Source of the DNA: Octopus vulgaris
Taxonomy: Eukaryota
Assembly (NCBI GenBank): GCA_951406725.2
Contig: OX597821.1
Coordinates: forward strand, 70,308,001-70,372,000
Length of the DNA stretch: 64,000 nucleotides
Reading direction: 5' to 3'
Both the position numbers and the translations under genes were made by a program. The notes under the pieces are model-generated. The model did no database searches and was not told where the DNA came from. It saw only the letters and a program-made list of their open reading frames with translations. Shown here in pieces: positions 14,831 to 28,712 of this stretch (its first letter is position 1; each line of letters begins with the position of its first letter).

Positions 14831-16143
14831 ATATCGATGGCCTTGAGAAAACTGAGATGCAAATTTAGCTGCAAGTTGAAGTTGGATCGTAGAGAAATAT
14901 AACGAAACAATTATTTCCAATTTAGGGGCCTAACCAGCAGAACTTGATTGCTACTTAATTTTATCGACCCAAGAGGGGATGAAAGGTAAAGTCCACATTG
15001 GTGGAATTTAAAATTAGATTCAAAATCAGAACATACAAAGTCGGAACAAACACCACAAAGCATTTTGTTCAATGCTCTACCGATCCTGTCACCTACTTTA
15101 CTCAATCACTTCTGACAAAAATTTGGGATATGAAAGTATCGATTGGTACTTTATTTTACCTGCACTGGAAGGATGAAGAAATAAAGTTGACACCCATGGG
15201 ATTTGAACCTGGAATGTAGAGATAGACCAAAAACCGCGTAGAATTTTATACAACGCTTTGATGAAGAGAATGGCAAACAGAAGGAAAGCAAAGCCTCATC
15301 TCCTGTACATGACTGGGACTTATTTATCGACAACGAAATAATAGAAGGCAAGACTTGAACTCAGAAGGCAAAAAGACGTAAATAAATCTTGAGAGACATT
15401 CCCTCTACCGACTCCGCTAATCTGCTACCATTTATTAATAGACTATTTATAGTAATTCTTTCTCCTACATCTCATTAATTCTTTCAGCGTTCTCTTCTAA
15501 TATTTACTTCTTTCTCTTTATCTCCCTCCTCTTTTTCGATTCTTTTCTCTTCTCTTCTTTCCCAGCATCGATTGTCCGTTGATTTCGTACATTGTCGCCT
15601 TGCATTTATTGCAAGTTTATTTCACAATTAATCAAAGCTAGCTTAAACGGTTTAATTACAAATAGAAATATAAAAAGCAGTCGTTTTGACCAAATATTGA
15701 TATTTAGATGAGTTGAAGTGAATGAACGTACAGAGAGGAGAGAAGAGGAAAACATGGTTATTTTGTCGTACAGTTTTAATTATGAACGCTACACCCCAAT
15801 AAACATGTATTTCGTTATCTTAATGATTTTTCAAATGAATGGTATTTTCGAGATATCAATTGCCCTCCAGCAGAACTGTGGGAGCAATGAAAGTCAACAA
15901 GATGCTAGAGGTCCCTGAAACACGATCCACACTGCTTAATATAACAATTGCCCTTCGGCTGTTTTTGGCCTGTTGTATTAAGTTGCTATTTTTCATTTTA
16001 TTTTCTCTTTGTGTTCGTTATTCAGGCTGTATCGACCAATGGTTAACAACAGGATAATTTTCCAAATTTTTGTTTGAGAATTAAGAAGTGAAAAAAAATC
16101 TCTCTCCTTGAGAGTATCCGGAGTTAGAACAATGAGCACAAAC

Positions 16144-16233
<90 letters not shown>

Positions 16234-16384
16234 ATTAGCATTAAAAAAGATTGAAAAATCCATTCAATGAGGCAAAAGTGCACATGAACACACATTCTCT
16301 ATTCTTTTATTTCTTTTATTCGTTTCAGCTCAACAACTGTGGCCATGCTGGGACATCTCCAGTATTATCACTTTCTCAATAGCC

Positions 16385-16830
16385 ATTCTCTTGTGATTGG
16401 CTTTTGATGAAGGAGGGAGTGTGATATTGCTATTTTCGCTTGAGTTTCTTGCTGTCGTGTATTTTCATCTGGGTCTGTGGACAGCAGCAGGTCAAGTTAT
16501 TTCTTGAAAACATCAACATCTACTCCATGTAGACCCCCCCCCAAATGTTTTGGCTAGGTATTGAATAACCGCGGGCCCTTGAATTTCATGCTGTTTCAGT
16601 ACCTGGTCTCCACCTCAGAAGGGATGGGTGAGAACTTTGCAACAACGAAGTGACGTCCAGTATGGCTCTCGATGTTAGAGTTTGGTGCCGACCGTTCTAG
16701 GATGTTCCATATTTGTATGCTCACATATCTCTTCTGTCTGTGGGGTGATCACAGTTGAGTGCAGTAGTCCAGATGGCTGAGGACAAATATCCTTGTTCTG
16801 AAAGTTCTCAGAATCCATTCGGTCATTCAG
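16385..16830 (-). mobile_element. CR1/L2/Jockey-like LINE 3' remnant
   Basis: Minus-strand peptides WILRTFRTR, VLSHLDYCTQL and RYVSIQIWNILE, with internal deletions. Confidence 0.6.
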
Positions 16831-17059
16831 ACAAATGTCACAGAAACAGATTTAAATAATAGTTTTGACTGTATTTGATATTCACTTGGAAGAAATCTCA
16901 GGAGTTACAACAGTCTAAGAGTTTATGAAAAATTCTTTTAAATGTACGTTTAAAGATTTCAGTTTCATGGAGGAGTTATAACGCCACATGAAAAAAATAT
17001 TTGTGTCTCTCTATTTATACACGCATACGCACACATACACACGTACACCGACACACTCT

Positions 17060-17302
17060 CACACACACATATCTTTTTCTTGTTTCAGGCATTAGAGTGC
17101 GGCCATACTGGGACACTGTCTTGAATAATTCTTTTTTTAGTCGGACGAATCGACCCCCAATGCTCATTTTGCTTTTGAACTTGGTAATTATTCTATCGAT
17201 CTCTTTTACGAACTGCTAAGCTGCGGGGACGTAAATCCAACCAACACCGATTGTCAAGTGCTGATGGTGGTGGCAAACAGACACACGCACATGCGACGGG
17301 CT
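17060..17302 (-). mobile_element. SINE family A, 3' half
   Basis: Similar to 34633-34870. Confidence 0.7.
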
Positions 17303-17359
17303 TAATTTGTATACACACACGCACACACAAAAATAAATATACATATATACGCGTATTGT

Positions 17360-17440
<81 letters not shown>

Positions 17441-17450
17441 GGATAAATAA

Positions 17451-18750
17451 CTTTCTTTATTGGCCACACAGGGCTGAACACAGATGGGACAAATACAAAT
17501 GTTGAGCTTTTCTTTTCGAAAATGAAAAAGAAAAAGGGAAAAAAAAGAAAAAAAAGTAAAATTCCGATTAAAAGGGGCCGAGAAAAAAAAGGCGACCAAA
17601 AGGGATCGTGTATCACAGAAGAAATTTTTAAAATATAAGAAGCAAGATTAGGTTTATCCGTGGAAAGAAAAGTCTACGGAAAAGACTACGGTAACCTCAG
17701 GCAGGGAGGGAATAAACACATGAGAGCAAAGTGCTCTCTCTTTCTCTCTTTTCGATTTACAGGATCATGCTCAAAGTTGTTTAGTCGCTCGCACGCACCA
17801 TCTTTGCTACATTCTCCCACCTTTTTTTGAAACTTTCACTAGACAAAACCTACCTCTCCATTCTCACCTTCCTTTTCAAGTGGTACTTGAAAAAGTTGAT
17901 GAGCGATTGGCCAGAGAGGTAAGTGTTTGTCTCTAATCCTTTCGCTCGAGTCCACCACACACATTCTTTCGCCATGGCCACCAATACGATGAAGACTGCC
18001 TTGCATTCGCGTTTAAGGGAAGATGGCGGAGCAATTTTCACGATAGACTCGGTCGACAGGCGGACTCGTCACACACGTGACAGCAGCCGTTCGGCATAAG
18101 CCCACAGGTCCGAAATGATTGGACACTGCACGAGTGCGTGCAGAACGGTTTCGTCGCTCTGACCGCATCTCGAGCAAGTCGGTCCGGTGTGTCTCGAACC
18201 GTGCCTGTAGAACTTACCCCGAATAAGTAATGCTTTTTGATAGCACTGCCAGGCCAGGGATCTTTGGTGATTGACCATAGGTCTCGGCCCGAAAGTTGTC
18301 CTGAACAGGCGGATCAGGTATTCATCGTCGATGCCCAGATTCTGCCCGAGAACGTCGTCGCACCTCCCCTCCACTAATCCTCTATAGAACGCCTTTGTTG
18401 TAATTAAGTCACACAAGTTTGGTCCCGGATGGCAGAGTTGCTTGAGAGTAACGCGGCACTCGCAGTGCCATTCGCCTAGCTTCGCTCTCTGTTTGAACCA
18501 CGACTGCAGTTCGGCCAAGGTGATGAGCTGCAGGAAAGCACGCCGCACAAACGGCGACCACACCTGTTCACCATCGTCTATGAAGCGGCGGAGATGTCGC
18601 AGTCTCAGTGCATGTCTGCGCATCAGCAACCACGGCATGCCTAGCCCTCCATTTAGCGGGTGTTGACAGCAAATGGATCACGCTTCCCTTCCACAAGAAG
18701 CGGAAGAGTATGCGTTCCAGTTTTGTGATGGTAGGGTCGGGACAAGGCGC
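17451..18750 (-). mobile_element. 5'-truncated L1/Tx1-clade LINE (post-RT region, CCHC zf-RVT, 3' UTR) in (GATA)n
   Basis: LFRFLWKG..HPLNGGLGMP and CSRCGQSDETVLHALVQC; GATA repeats on both sides. Confidence 0.85.
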
Positions 18751-18839
<89 letters not shown>

Positions 18840-18875
18840 ATAGATCGCCCGCTAGTTAGATTGATGATGATGATT

Positions 18876-18943
<68 letters not shown>

Positions 18944-18950
18944 CGTCGTC

Positions 18951-18999
<49 letters not shown>

Positions 19000-20114
19000 G
19001 GTGGGGTTGTAACATTGCAACAAAATACAAAGCAGGGACCGGAAAAACTATTTAATCAAACCCAATCACTTGATTTCGACTTACTTCATCGACCGCGGAG
19101 AGATAAACGGCAAAAATAATTTCAACGGGGAATGAACTCGGAACTTAAAGGTGGGTAACAACTAAATATTAGCGCTTGGATTATTTCTTTTCATTCAGAT
19201 TTAATGTATTCTACTCAACTTCTTAAGATGTGTTCAATTTTTAATAGGAAAGGATAGGAGTTGAGGAGGATTTGGTTGTGATTTCTAATGATTTGAGCAG
19301 GCACTCAGTACGATAAAAGCGATGAGCTCAAGATGTCAACAACTGTTTCCACCGTTGTTATGCTTCTGATTAAATAAGGATCCAGCAACAACGATTCTAC
19401 GAAATTGTTCAGCCTGTAAAATATGGCAACAATTTTCGTTCTTCTATCTTTAAAAAAAAACCCCATCAAAGACTATATAAAATAAGGTATTGTTATAAAC
19501 CCCTAAAAACCTGTTAGTTCATCTCCGTAAGACCTTTCATGAAACATCTTCATAATCAAGATTGATTTGAAGCAAAACAATAAGTGCAACAATGCCATTT
19601 GATTAAATACAAATTCATTTCGCCAAATTATTTTGAGATTGCTCACAATAGATCTTATTACACGAAACATTTCGATGACGTCATTTCTTGCATATGAAGT
19701 CATCAAAATTTCTAGTTAAAATTTCAAGTCGATCTCAACATATCCGAAGAGGTAATTTCTCGAATTATTTCAAAGGATATTAACACCAACTGAAAAGTAA
19801 GTTCTTTTAAAATTGATTTATCATCATCATGCTTTCAAGTTGCATGCGTGTTTCTGCCGCAGCAAAAGCTGCACTTTTGTGCTGCTCTGGTATTTGTAGC
19901 ATTATCTTTTGGCGATGTTGGATCGTGTGTGAAAGTGCCTAGCACAGGATGTGATCTATGCCAACCTGGACTATTTGTGCACCGCGTTTAGAGTTGGAAA
20001 ACCTAATACACTTTTGTGATGCCTTTGTTCGTACCTAGTGTGGGTTTATCATTTATTATAAGGTCGATTGTCACATCGAAGTTCTACACTTGTAGCATTC
20101 CGACTTGATATTAT

Positions 20115-20237
20115 GTATTGCGTTTGCTTTTCATCCTTTCGGGATCGATTAAATAAGTACCAGTTAATCACTGGGTCTATGTAATCGACTTAATCCGTTT
20201 GTCTGTCCTTGTTTGTCCCCCCTGTGTGTAGCCCCTT
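20115..20237 (+). mobile_element. SINE family B 3' portion with Tx1-like tail
   Basis: tttgtccc..ctgtgtgtagccccttgtgggcagtaaagaaa. Confidence 0.75.
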
Positions 20238-21336
20238 GTGGGCAGTAAAGAAATAAGCATATGAACTCAGAAGTTAGGATGCCGGAAGAGATACCGCTAA
20301 GCATGTTGTCCGATGCACTGCTGACGATTATGTTCGTTCACCATCTTGTTCTGTGTGTGCAACCCACTTTGTTTGATCGTCTTTTGGCAAATTGTCCGCT
20401 GAACAAATTCAGCTTCCATTCTACATTCATATTTTCGATTTCTATTTTAAATTTTTCTTTCCCCTTCTTTCGGTGATCCTATTCTTTCTGCAGCGAATAT
20501 TTGGTAAGACGTTGTTTTGTAGTTTTTGAATAGTCTATGAGTGTCGTATCTATTTCTGAAAAATATTTCTGTGCATTTTGGAGGAGTCCTTGCCAGGCAA
20601 GGGACTTAATCTTGGAACAGTATGTTGTAAAGTCAAAATAAACAACATTTCGGTGAGGAAGACACATGAACAATTCAATCACTATTAACTTCATTTAAAC
20701 ATTTATTATTAGATGTCAACATTTACGTCACACTAACTGCGGCCTGGTCACTGACGAGGTTCCACTGCCTCTCTCTGCATCATTGTATGTTGGATGCAAT
20801 GTTTTGATTTTTTGTGCTTAGAAATATATTGTTTCATTTAGCGGTAATTATCTCGTATAACTGGTGATTCGACCCGTCCCCTGTTCGATTTAGCTGCGTG
20901 ATGTTGATAAGCCACAAAAATGATAAAATATCGGTATCCAAAATTTTCTGAATGCGATTAAAGGTGTCTGTCATGTGTTTTAACACCCAGCGTAATGAGG
21001 GAGTCGTCCCCAGACACTATTACGCAGCGAACCGGCGAACAAACAAAACACACGGATTGATTATGAACGCTCGATAATGTTTAGAATTATTTTTTCCTTA
21101 CATAATTTTTCCAATATATTTCCCGTTACAAAATGATGGTATTCTTGTCATAACTCAGGACTTTATTTTCATTTCCCGCCAATTCCTGCAGCAGAATGCA
21201 AGACAACATAAGTTAGGTGTCTCCATAGTCGTCAATATTTGTTATGAGCATTCGGTGAAATTATGTCAATACTTGTCCATGCTTTAATGTTATCTCTCCA
21301 TCTCTTTGGCTGCCGTTTCTCTTTCCGTTATTTTAG

Positions 21337-21720
21337 GGAAGCACTCCGTCGGTTACGCCGACGAGGGTTCCGGTTGATCCGAATCAACGGAACAGCCTGC
21401 TCGTGAAATTAGCGTGTAAGTGGCTGAGCACTCCACAGACACGTATACCCTTAACGTAGTTCTCGGGGATATCCAGCGTGACACAGAGAGTGACAAGGCC
21501 GGCCCTTTGAAATACAGGTACAACAGAAACAGGAAGTAAGAGTGAGAGAAAGTTGTGGTGAAAGAATACAGCAGGGATCACCACCATCCCCCGCCGGAGC
21601 CTCGTGGAGCTTTAGGTGTTTTCGCTCAATAAACACTCACAACGCCCGGTCTGGGAATCGAAACCGCGATCCTACGACCGCGAGTCCGCTACCCTAACCA
21701 CTGGGCCATTGCGCCTCCTT
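21337..21720 (-). mobile_element. CpG-rich tRNA-headed SINE (family C)
   Basis: Minus-strand head ggaggcgcaatggcccagtggttagg (A box) ... ggtttcgattccc (B box). Confidence 0.7.
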
Positions 21721-22299
21721 CCGTTAATTATACCTTCCAGACAGATCTTTCTGGCGCCCAAACAAACTATCCGCTTAGTGTGGCCACCCAATTCGAATAC
21801 CTTATTTTTGATGACATCTTTGGAGCTAATTTGGTTATTTGTCTTTGATCTTCGATTCTGATGTGGTCTGGCCGTTTGGTGTCACATTACGATTCGAAAT
21901 TACATTTATTGTACGAGTACAATACACATTTTCTCCCAAAATACTGTTATCTTTTCTTTATTTTGTCGAATCTCTATTTTTATTATTTATTGCGTAATTC
22001 CTGAACCAGAAATGGCATAATAAAAGACTTTGTTTATCTGCACCAAATATTGAGTTGGAACTGTTTTATTCGTTTCTCAAATCTCTGTATTCTCCCCACT
22101 TTTGCTTTCGTCTGTTCAATTAAGCTTTCTCCTTTTTGAATTTTAACATCCTGTTCCCCGCTCCAATGTCATTTTACCATATATATAAATTTCTTTGTAT
22201 TTTCCCTCTGTTATCTTTGATGCAACTGATTTGGATCTCACTTATTCCAACCACATCCTCTCGATTGCAATACATCCGAAGTCGAACCTTTTATTTGCG

Positions 22300-23472
22300 A
22301 AAAAAAATGTTAGATTTTACTCGTTTAATATAGGCAAGTATTTCTTAGCACTGATAGATAGACATTTTCCAGTCAACCATACTTACAGAAAGCTCTTCAA
22401 TAGACATAACTTAAAAATCAGTTTCAGCTCAACTACCAATTTTATAAATATAATCGCACACAACACACGAAAACCACAATATGAAACCAGCTGTTCAAGC
22501 AGGGATAAAGATTTGTGCCCGCTAAATGGAGCTTGCATGTCCAAGGCCATCATTTATGAAGCCACCGTGAACTCTATATCCACTAAGGACACGGTTTCGA
22601 CGAAGAAATACATGGGCATTACAGAGGTAAATTTCAAGGCCAGGTTCAATAATCACACCTTGAGCTTCAGGCACTGGGATAAAAGGAAAACGACCAAATT
22701 ATCCAGTCATATATGGTCCTTAAAAGTTAAAGGTGTCAGTTACAACATCCATTGGGAAATCTTAGCAAAGTGTAAGCCCTACACCAACGGCAGTGGAAAG
22801 TGCGGTTTTTGTAATATGGAAAGATGGCTCATCTGGAAAAGCAGCTTAGACCCCGCCACATGTCTAAATTGAAGAACAACTTTTCGGATCATGTCTACAT
22901 GTGACTAAATATTTGTTACGCTTTTGGTCTCCACGAGATTGCAGATAGGACTTGCTTTCTATATTGTGTCCACGTACAAGCTTTTTATCTGTCTATACTT
23001 TTTACTTATATTTCTTATATATTTTTACTTATATTTCTTATAAGTTTTATATATATATTTTTTTTTACATATTTATAGAGATATTGTTTCATAGTTTTAT
23101 TGCTTATATATCTTTTACACATAATTTTTTCTGTATTCTACCTCCCACCCTGCATTTTTCCTGTGCGTATATAGACGTGTGTATGAACCTTTTGTGCGCG
23201 CGTGTGCGAACATGTATGAGGATATGTATATATGTTTTGGCGAATGTATGGGTGAGGATTTGTGTGTTTCAAATGAGGGTGGATGAGTATATACATATAG
23301 GCGCATGTACGTGGGTGTTCTAGTGCGCATGTGTATGTATGGACTTGCGCGCTTACACGATTACTATGAACATTTTTACTCCCTTACCTTTACTCCCTCC
23401 CCTAACTTAGCGGTCATTCTAATGGCTCTTTTGTCTTAATAACGGTCAATCACACAGTAATTTCCCTTTGTT

Positions 23473-23474
<2 letters not shown>
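22300..23474 (+). mobile_element. Penelope-like element 3' part (GIY-YIG endonuclease and 3' UTR)
   Basis: ORF 22195-22872: LFNRHNLKISFS, CPLNGAC..KAIIYEA, KYMGITE..FKARFNNH..SF, CGFCNME; ends in (TA)n. Confidence 0.9.
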
Positions 23475-23520
<46 letters not shown>

Positions 23521-23526
<6 letters not shown>

Positions 23527-24786
23527 GTTGTCTCACATGAAATGTTGCATTTGAAAAAGGAAACATTAGATTCTTTTTCAAGTTTTAGTCTATTTATTTC
23601 ATCAAAATATGATCCTTGTTGATTTATGATCTTCATCCAACGTTCCTCCAAGGCATATATTCCATCTTCAAAGAATTTGTCATATTTTATACTGATAAAC
23701 TGTTCGAATGCTTCAATTACCTCTTCTTTATTTGAGAATGTTTAATTGCGTATAGCAAGCTCGAAGTGTTTAAATAAGTGATAATCAGTAAGAAAGATAT
23801 CAGGAGAATAAGGAGAATGTGCCAAAATGTCCTAATTCAGGCTTTGCAACAGGTGGACCGTAGCTTGAGAAGTGTGAGGCCGTACATTATTATGAAGCAA
23901 AGCTGGACCATCTCTATTCACTAATCTGGCTTTTTTATTTTTTTATTTTTCATGCATACAATCAATTTCCTGACAATAGGCTGTTGCTGTTACAGTTTTT
24001 CCTTGTTGCAAAAATGAATAATGAAGAACCCCCTTTGTTGACCACCATACAGTGACTATCAACATTTTTGGGTGCAATGGTGGTTTTAGGTAGTGTACTG
24101 GTGACTCTCTTGCATCTAACCACTGTCCTGTCCTCCTGCAGTTATCAGAGAGTATCCATTTCTCATCACACATAAGAAGCTAATACAAAGTGGTTCTCTT
24201 TCCAACCGAGAAATCAAAATAGAACACACTGTAAGGCGTCTGTTTCTTTGAATCTCATGAAGTTGATGGGGAACAAACCTATCCATGTTTTTGACCTTTC
24301 CAATTTTCTTCAAGTGTCAAGAAGCAGTTGCGGGAGATATCTGGAACTCTGATCCAATTTTTCGGACCGTTGTTCCCGGATTTCGTTTAAACAAAGCATT
24401 CAATTTCATCATGCCGAATAACTGATTTTAGTCTCTCTCTTGGTATATTTTTAAGACTTTCATTTTCTGAACGAAATATTTGGTGCCATCTCTGGACAGT
24501 TCTAATGTCAACAGAATCGTTACCAAAAGCCCACTTGATGTTTCGTAGAGCTTCGGTGACAGAGTAACCCAACTTGTATTCATACAAGAAGATCACTCGG
24601 TATTTTTCAGTTGTCAGCATTGTCATAAGAGCTGTGGGTAGCAATTTCGAATGATAGTACTGTATAGAAAGAAAAAAGAGTTGAGAGTAAACACAAGCAT
24701 AATACATAGAAACTCATTAAAAATCCATTTATAGATGACTCATAAGAAACCCATTTAAAATACATTTCATGTGAGACAGCCTAATA
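23521..24786 (-). mobile_element. Full-length decayed mariner (Tc1/mariner) transposon with TIRs and TA target site
   Basis: TIR tattaggytgtctcacatgaaatg at both ends; peptides FLYEYKLG..EALRNI, FVPHQL, CDEKW, HPKMLIVTVWW, YSPDIFLTDYHLF; stops and frameshifts. Confidence 0.92.
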
Positions 24787-24789
24787 AAT

Positions 24790-25326
24790 ATAGTTTAGAC
24801 TTGTAAGGTACGAATCACCTGGTCAGTTTCTCTTTCTAGAAATCCCAGTTTCTCCTTTAAGCATTTACTAACAAAACCTAGTGCTCTAATTATTATTGGT
24901 ATGAATAAGAATTCATAGTCTGGATATAGCAGCTGGAGGTTTCGAAGCAGTTGTCCATAAATATCCTCTTTTTCTTTGATTTTCAAAGAGATATTTATAT
25001 CTGCCAGGCAGCTAACCTCTATGATGGTACATACCTTTGTCCTCTGTCCCAAACCACAATATCCAGCCTGTTATGCTTATATTTGACAGAAGTTTTGATG
25101 GGAATATTCCACCAGTATTCCTTGAGTTGGTGTTTATGAATGTATTCCATAACAGAGGGATTTTCTAAGTTTCTTTAAGGACAGTATTTTTTTCGGATGG
25201 CATTGCAAATTGTTTTAGTAACAGCATCGTGTTGCATAAGGAGGTGGTACCGTGACGACATTTTAGGACAGCTGCTAATCACATGCGTGATGTCTTCTAC
25301 AAGAACATGACATAGCCTACATGGTT
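24790..25326 (-). mobile_element. R4/Dong-clade fragment (CCHC knuckle plus endonuclease)
   Basis: CRLCHVLVEDITHVISSCPKMSSRYHLLMQHD; KVCTIIEVSC; adjoins (CATA)n. Confidence 0.85.
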
Positions 25327-25327
25327 G

Positions 25328-25361
<34 letters not shown>

Positions 25362-25499
25362 TGTATGTATGTATGTATGTATGTATGTATGTATGTATGT
25401 ATGTATGTATGTATGTGTGTGTATGTATGTGTGTATGTATGCATGTATATATGTATGTATGTATTTATGTATGTATGTATGTATTTATGTATGTATGCA

Positions 25500-25795
25500 T
25501 GTATGTGCAGATTTGAATGTTTTTATGTATGTATACTCATGTATATAGTTGCATGTCTAGACATGTTCATATATATTTAAATGATAAAGTTCTGGAAAGT
25601 TTTACAACAGGATCTGTAGTCTCCGAATTAGCTTTCTCCCTTCTGGTTTTGAGAAGCCTAATTTCTCAGGACTGGTATTTAGGCAGTGTGTTACACATCC
25701 CAGGACCCCAATAATCACAGGTATAAACTTGAACTTGGTATCTGGACCTCTCTGCAGATTTCTCAATAGTTCACTATAGGGATTTTCCTTTTCGC
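25500..25795 (-). mobile_element. R4/Dong-clade 3' fragment, close relative of 740-1030
   Basis: EKENPYSELLRNLQ..KFKFIPVIIG; flanked by (TATG)n on both sides. Confidence 0.85.
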
Positions 25796-26299
25796 TGTAT
25801 GTATGTATGTATTTATGTATATGTGTATGTATGTATGCATGTATGCATGTATATATGTATGTATGTATGCACGTATGTACGTATTTATTTATGTATGTGT
25901 GTGCATATGTATGTATGTATGCATGTATGTATGTATGTATGTATGTATGTATGTATGTATGTATGTATGTATGTATGTATGTATGTATGTATGTATGTAT
26001 GTATGCATGTATGTATGTACGTATGTTTGTATCCATCACGAATCAGTTGAAGAAACATACAATTGCCACTCAGAGTTTCACGTATTTGTCGAGGACAGCG
26101 TACAGACTTTCCGGCAATATTAATTTCGATATTAAATCTTTCTTTTCCCTCATTTAGCAATCTTATGATTCCTCTCTTCATTTCTAATATATATAAACTG
26201 CACAACATGGATGCAGCATTTTTCCCCCATTTTTAATCATGTATGTATCTTATTTATTTACTTACATTTATTTGCACACATGCCAACATACATACATGT

Positions 26300-26343
<44 letters not shown>

Positions 26344-27034
26344 ATATGCATGTATATATATATACATGTATATATGCATGTATACTTACCTACATACATA
26401 CATACATATATGTATATCTATGCATAAAAACACACACACACATATATATATATATATGTATATATTTTCATACATACATAAACGCGTATGGTTACGTAAA
26501 AATGTATGTTGTATGTGTGTGTGTGTGTGTGTGAATTTATATACAAATATCTATAGACATGCATGCAGTATATTTTTTAGAGGGCGAGGGATGTTTTAAT
26601 ATGAAATAGTTTTTGCTGAAACATCATTACGGAACCCTACCTCATCAGCATCAATATCATCATCGCTACCACCAACAACATCATCATCGCTACCACCAAC
26701 AACAGCATCAACTCCACCGACAATATTAAACAACACTTTTAAACAACCACAGAAATGTTCTTGTAAACTCTATATAAAAGTCACATTTTTACGAACCGTA
26801 CGTTCAATCATTCACTCACACACAGGCACACTGTCCATTCCATATTAGCAGAAAGAGAGGAAGAAGACGCCATCTTGAAAGCCAGATGAAAATTTAGCAT
26901 CTTCTCTAAAGAGATGTAATTAAATCAGTAAATGTAAATATATAGTACACATACACACACACAAACACATACATATACACACACAAACACACACATATAT
27001 ATATACATACACACACACACATATATACATATAT

Positions 27035-27189
27035 ATAAATATAAGAGGGAATTTCTAACCACTATGTGGAAACCCTTATGCTAGAAGAAGATCCGCTATG
27101 GTCTTAACCACTGTAGTTAAGACCATAGCAGATCTTCTTCTAGCATAAGGGTTTCTACATAGTGGTAAAAAATTCCCTCTTATATTTAT
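27035..27189. repeat. 155-bp near-perfect palindrome
   Basis: ~76-bp arms, few mismatches, loop of about 3 nt at ~27112. Confidence 0.9.
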
Positions 27190-27297
27190 GTATGTAATAC
27201 TATTTACTGAATCTCAGCTTTTTTATATGCTAGACCACTAGTGTTAAAATTGATGTTATCAAATTAATATACAATTTTTCACCCCCATTTTGATTTC

Positions 27298-27338
<41 letters not shown>

Positions 27339-27346
27339 ACTATAAC

Positions 27347-27969
27347 TACAAGGATAAAAATTATTAACTAATTTATACCAGTGGTAGCATGCGTAATAAA
27401 AATCAGAAGCCATTAATATTTTTTAAATATAATAGTGTATGAAATATACACGAAGGGAAAACCACCATGTGGATTTCTTAGATGCTAAAAATGGCTGTCA
27501 AAGACCAAAACCACGAAAAAACATTCTTACATTAAAGCACATTGTTTGTACGTGAGCAAGACATTTGAGTGAATAAAAATTTCAGTTAACCTTATAGCCA
27601 TGAGTTTCACCATTAATGACCAAATAAATTAATTAATTGATTAATTAGTCATCCGTAGCTCGTCAGTAAAGTCGCTGTAAAATGTATAAATAAGAGACTA
27701 CAATACGTATGTATGTGTATATGTATGTGTATGTATATGTATGTGCATGTATGTATGCGTGCGTGCGCGTATACATACATACACAAGCGCGTTCAGTTCT
27801 ATTTTTATACATCAAGAATTCAAATCAAATGCATTTTGGTCTTTGACTGTCATTTTTAGCATCGTGTATATTTCATACGCTATTATATTTAAAAAATATT
27901 AATGGCTTTTGACTTTTATTACGCATGCTAACCGCTGGTATAAATTAGTTAATAATTTTTACCCTTGTA
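27347..27969. repeat. Inverted repeat with >100-bp arms
   Basis: 27347-27453 pairs with 27862-27969; 27481-27510 pairs with 27834-27863. Confidence 0.85.
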
Positions 27970-28193
27970 TTTATAAAGTCAATATAATTAAATTCTTCGG
28001 CCGGATAGCATACGTTTGAATTTATTCACTGCTGTACTACTCTGGCTTGGCACTCTCGGTTGAGGACATTCGATTTGAATTCTTGATGTATAAAGATGGA
28101 ACTGAATACGCATGTGTTTACTTTGTGTTTTCGATACGTGTGAATCGTTGACGATTTTCTTCTTCCGTCTTCCTTTCTATTGGAATTTCCTCT

Positions 28194-28229
28194 GTTTCCG
28201 AAGAAGAGCGTTCGCTCGAAACGTTAAAC
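28194..28229 (+). ncRNA. Degenerate minimal hammerhead of PLE type
   Basis: GTTT-CCGAAGA-a-GAGCG tt CGCTC-GAAA-CG-TT^-AAAC; U4C change in the core. Confidence 0.55.
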
Positions 28230-28336
28230 CATCTTTCTTTTCTTCCCTGAGTGTCGGCTAATACTTTACATGTACCACGTGCTCACGTTGTTGAGTTATT
28301 TTTTGCTTTTGTTCTTCTTTTGGGGATTTACTATAT

Positions 28337-28403
<67 letters not shown>

Positions 28404-28477
28404 CAACATCCCTTTTTAGGGACGTGACTGTGTAGTGAAGAAACACGGCACCTGGAACAATTGTCTCCTACTATCAC

Positions 28478-28712
28478 AATCCCTTGTGATCACTTTGTTT
28501 AAGAGAAACTCTACAGAAGCCCATCGTGTGTTTGTGTGTTTGTTTGAGTTTGCCTCTCACCACTTGACGGCCCGTGTAAATTTCTATATGACTCTGTAAC
28601 TTAGCGGTTAAACAAAATAAACGATAGAGAACTGCAATGGATTTGGTTGACAAAAAACCCTCTTCAGAGCGGTGCTCCAGTATGACCACAATGCAACGAA
28701 TAAAAGAATAAG
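28478..28712 (+). mobile_element. SINE family A, degenerate
   Basis: gaagcccatcgtgtgt...gcggtgctccagtatgacc. Confidence 0.6.

Noticed and set aside
21640-21720. tRNA gene
   Set aside because: It is a tRNA-like SINE head continuous with a ~300-bp body, without a proper acceptor stem or terminator
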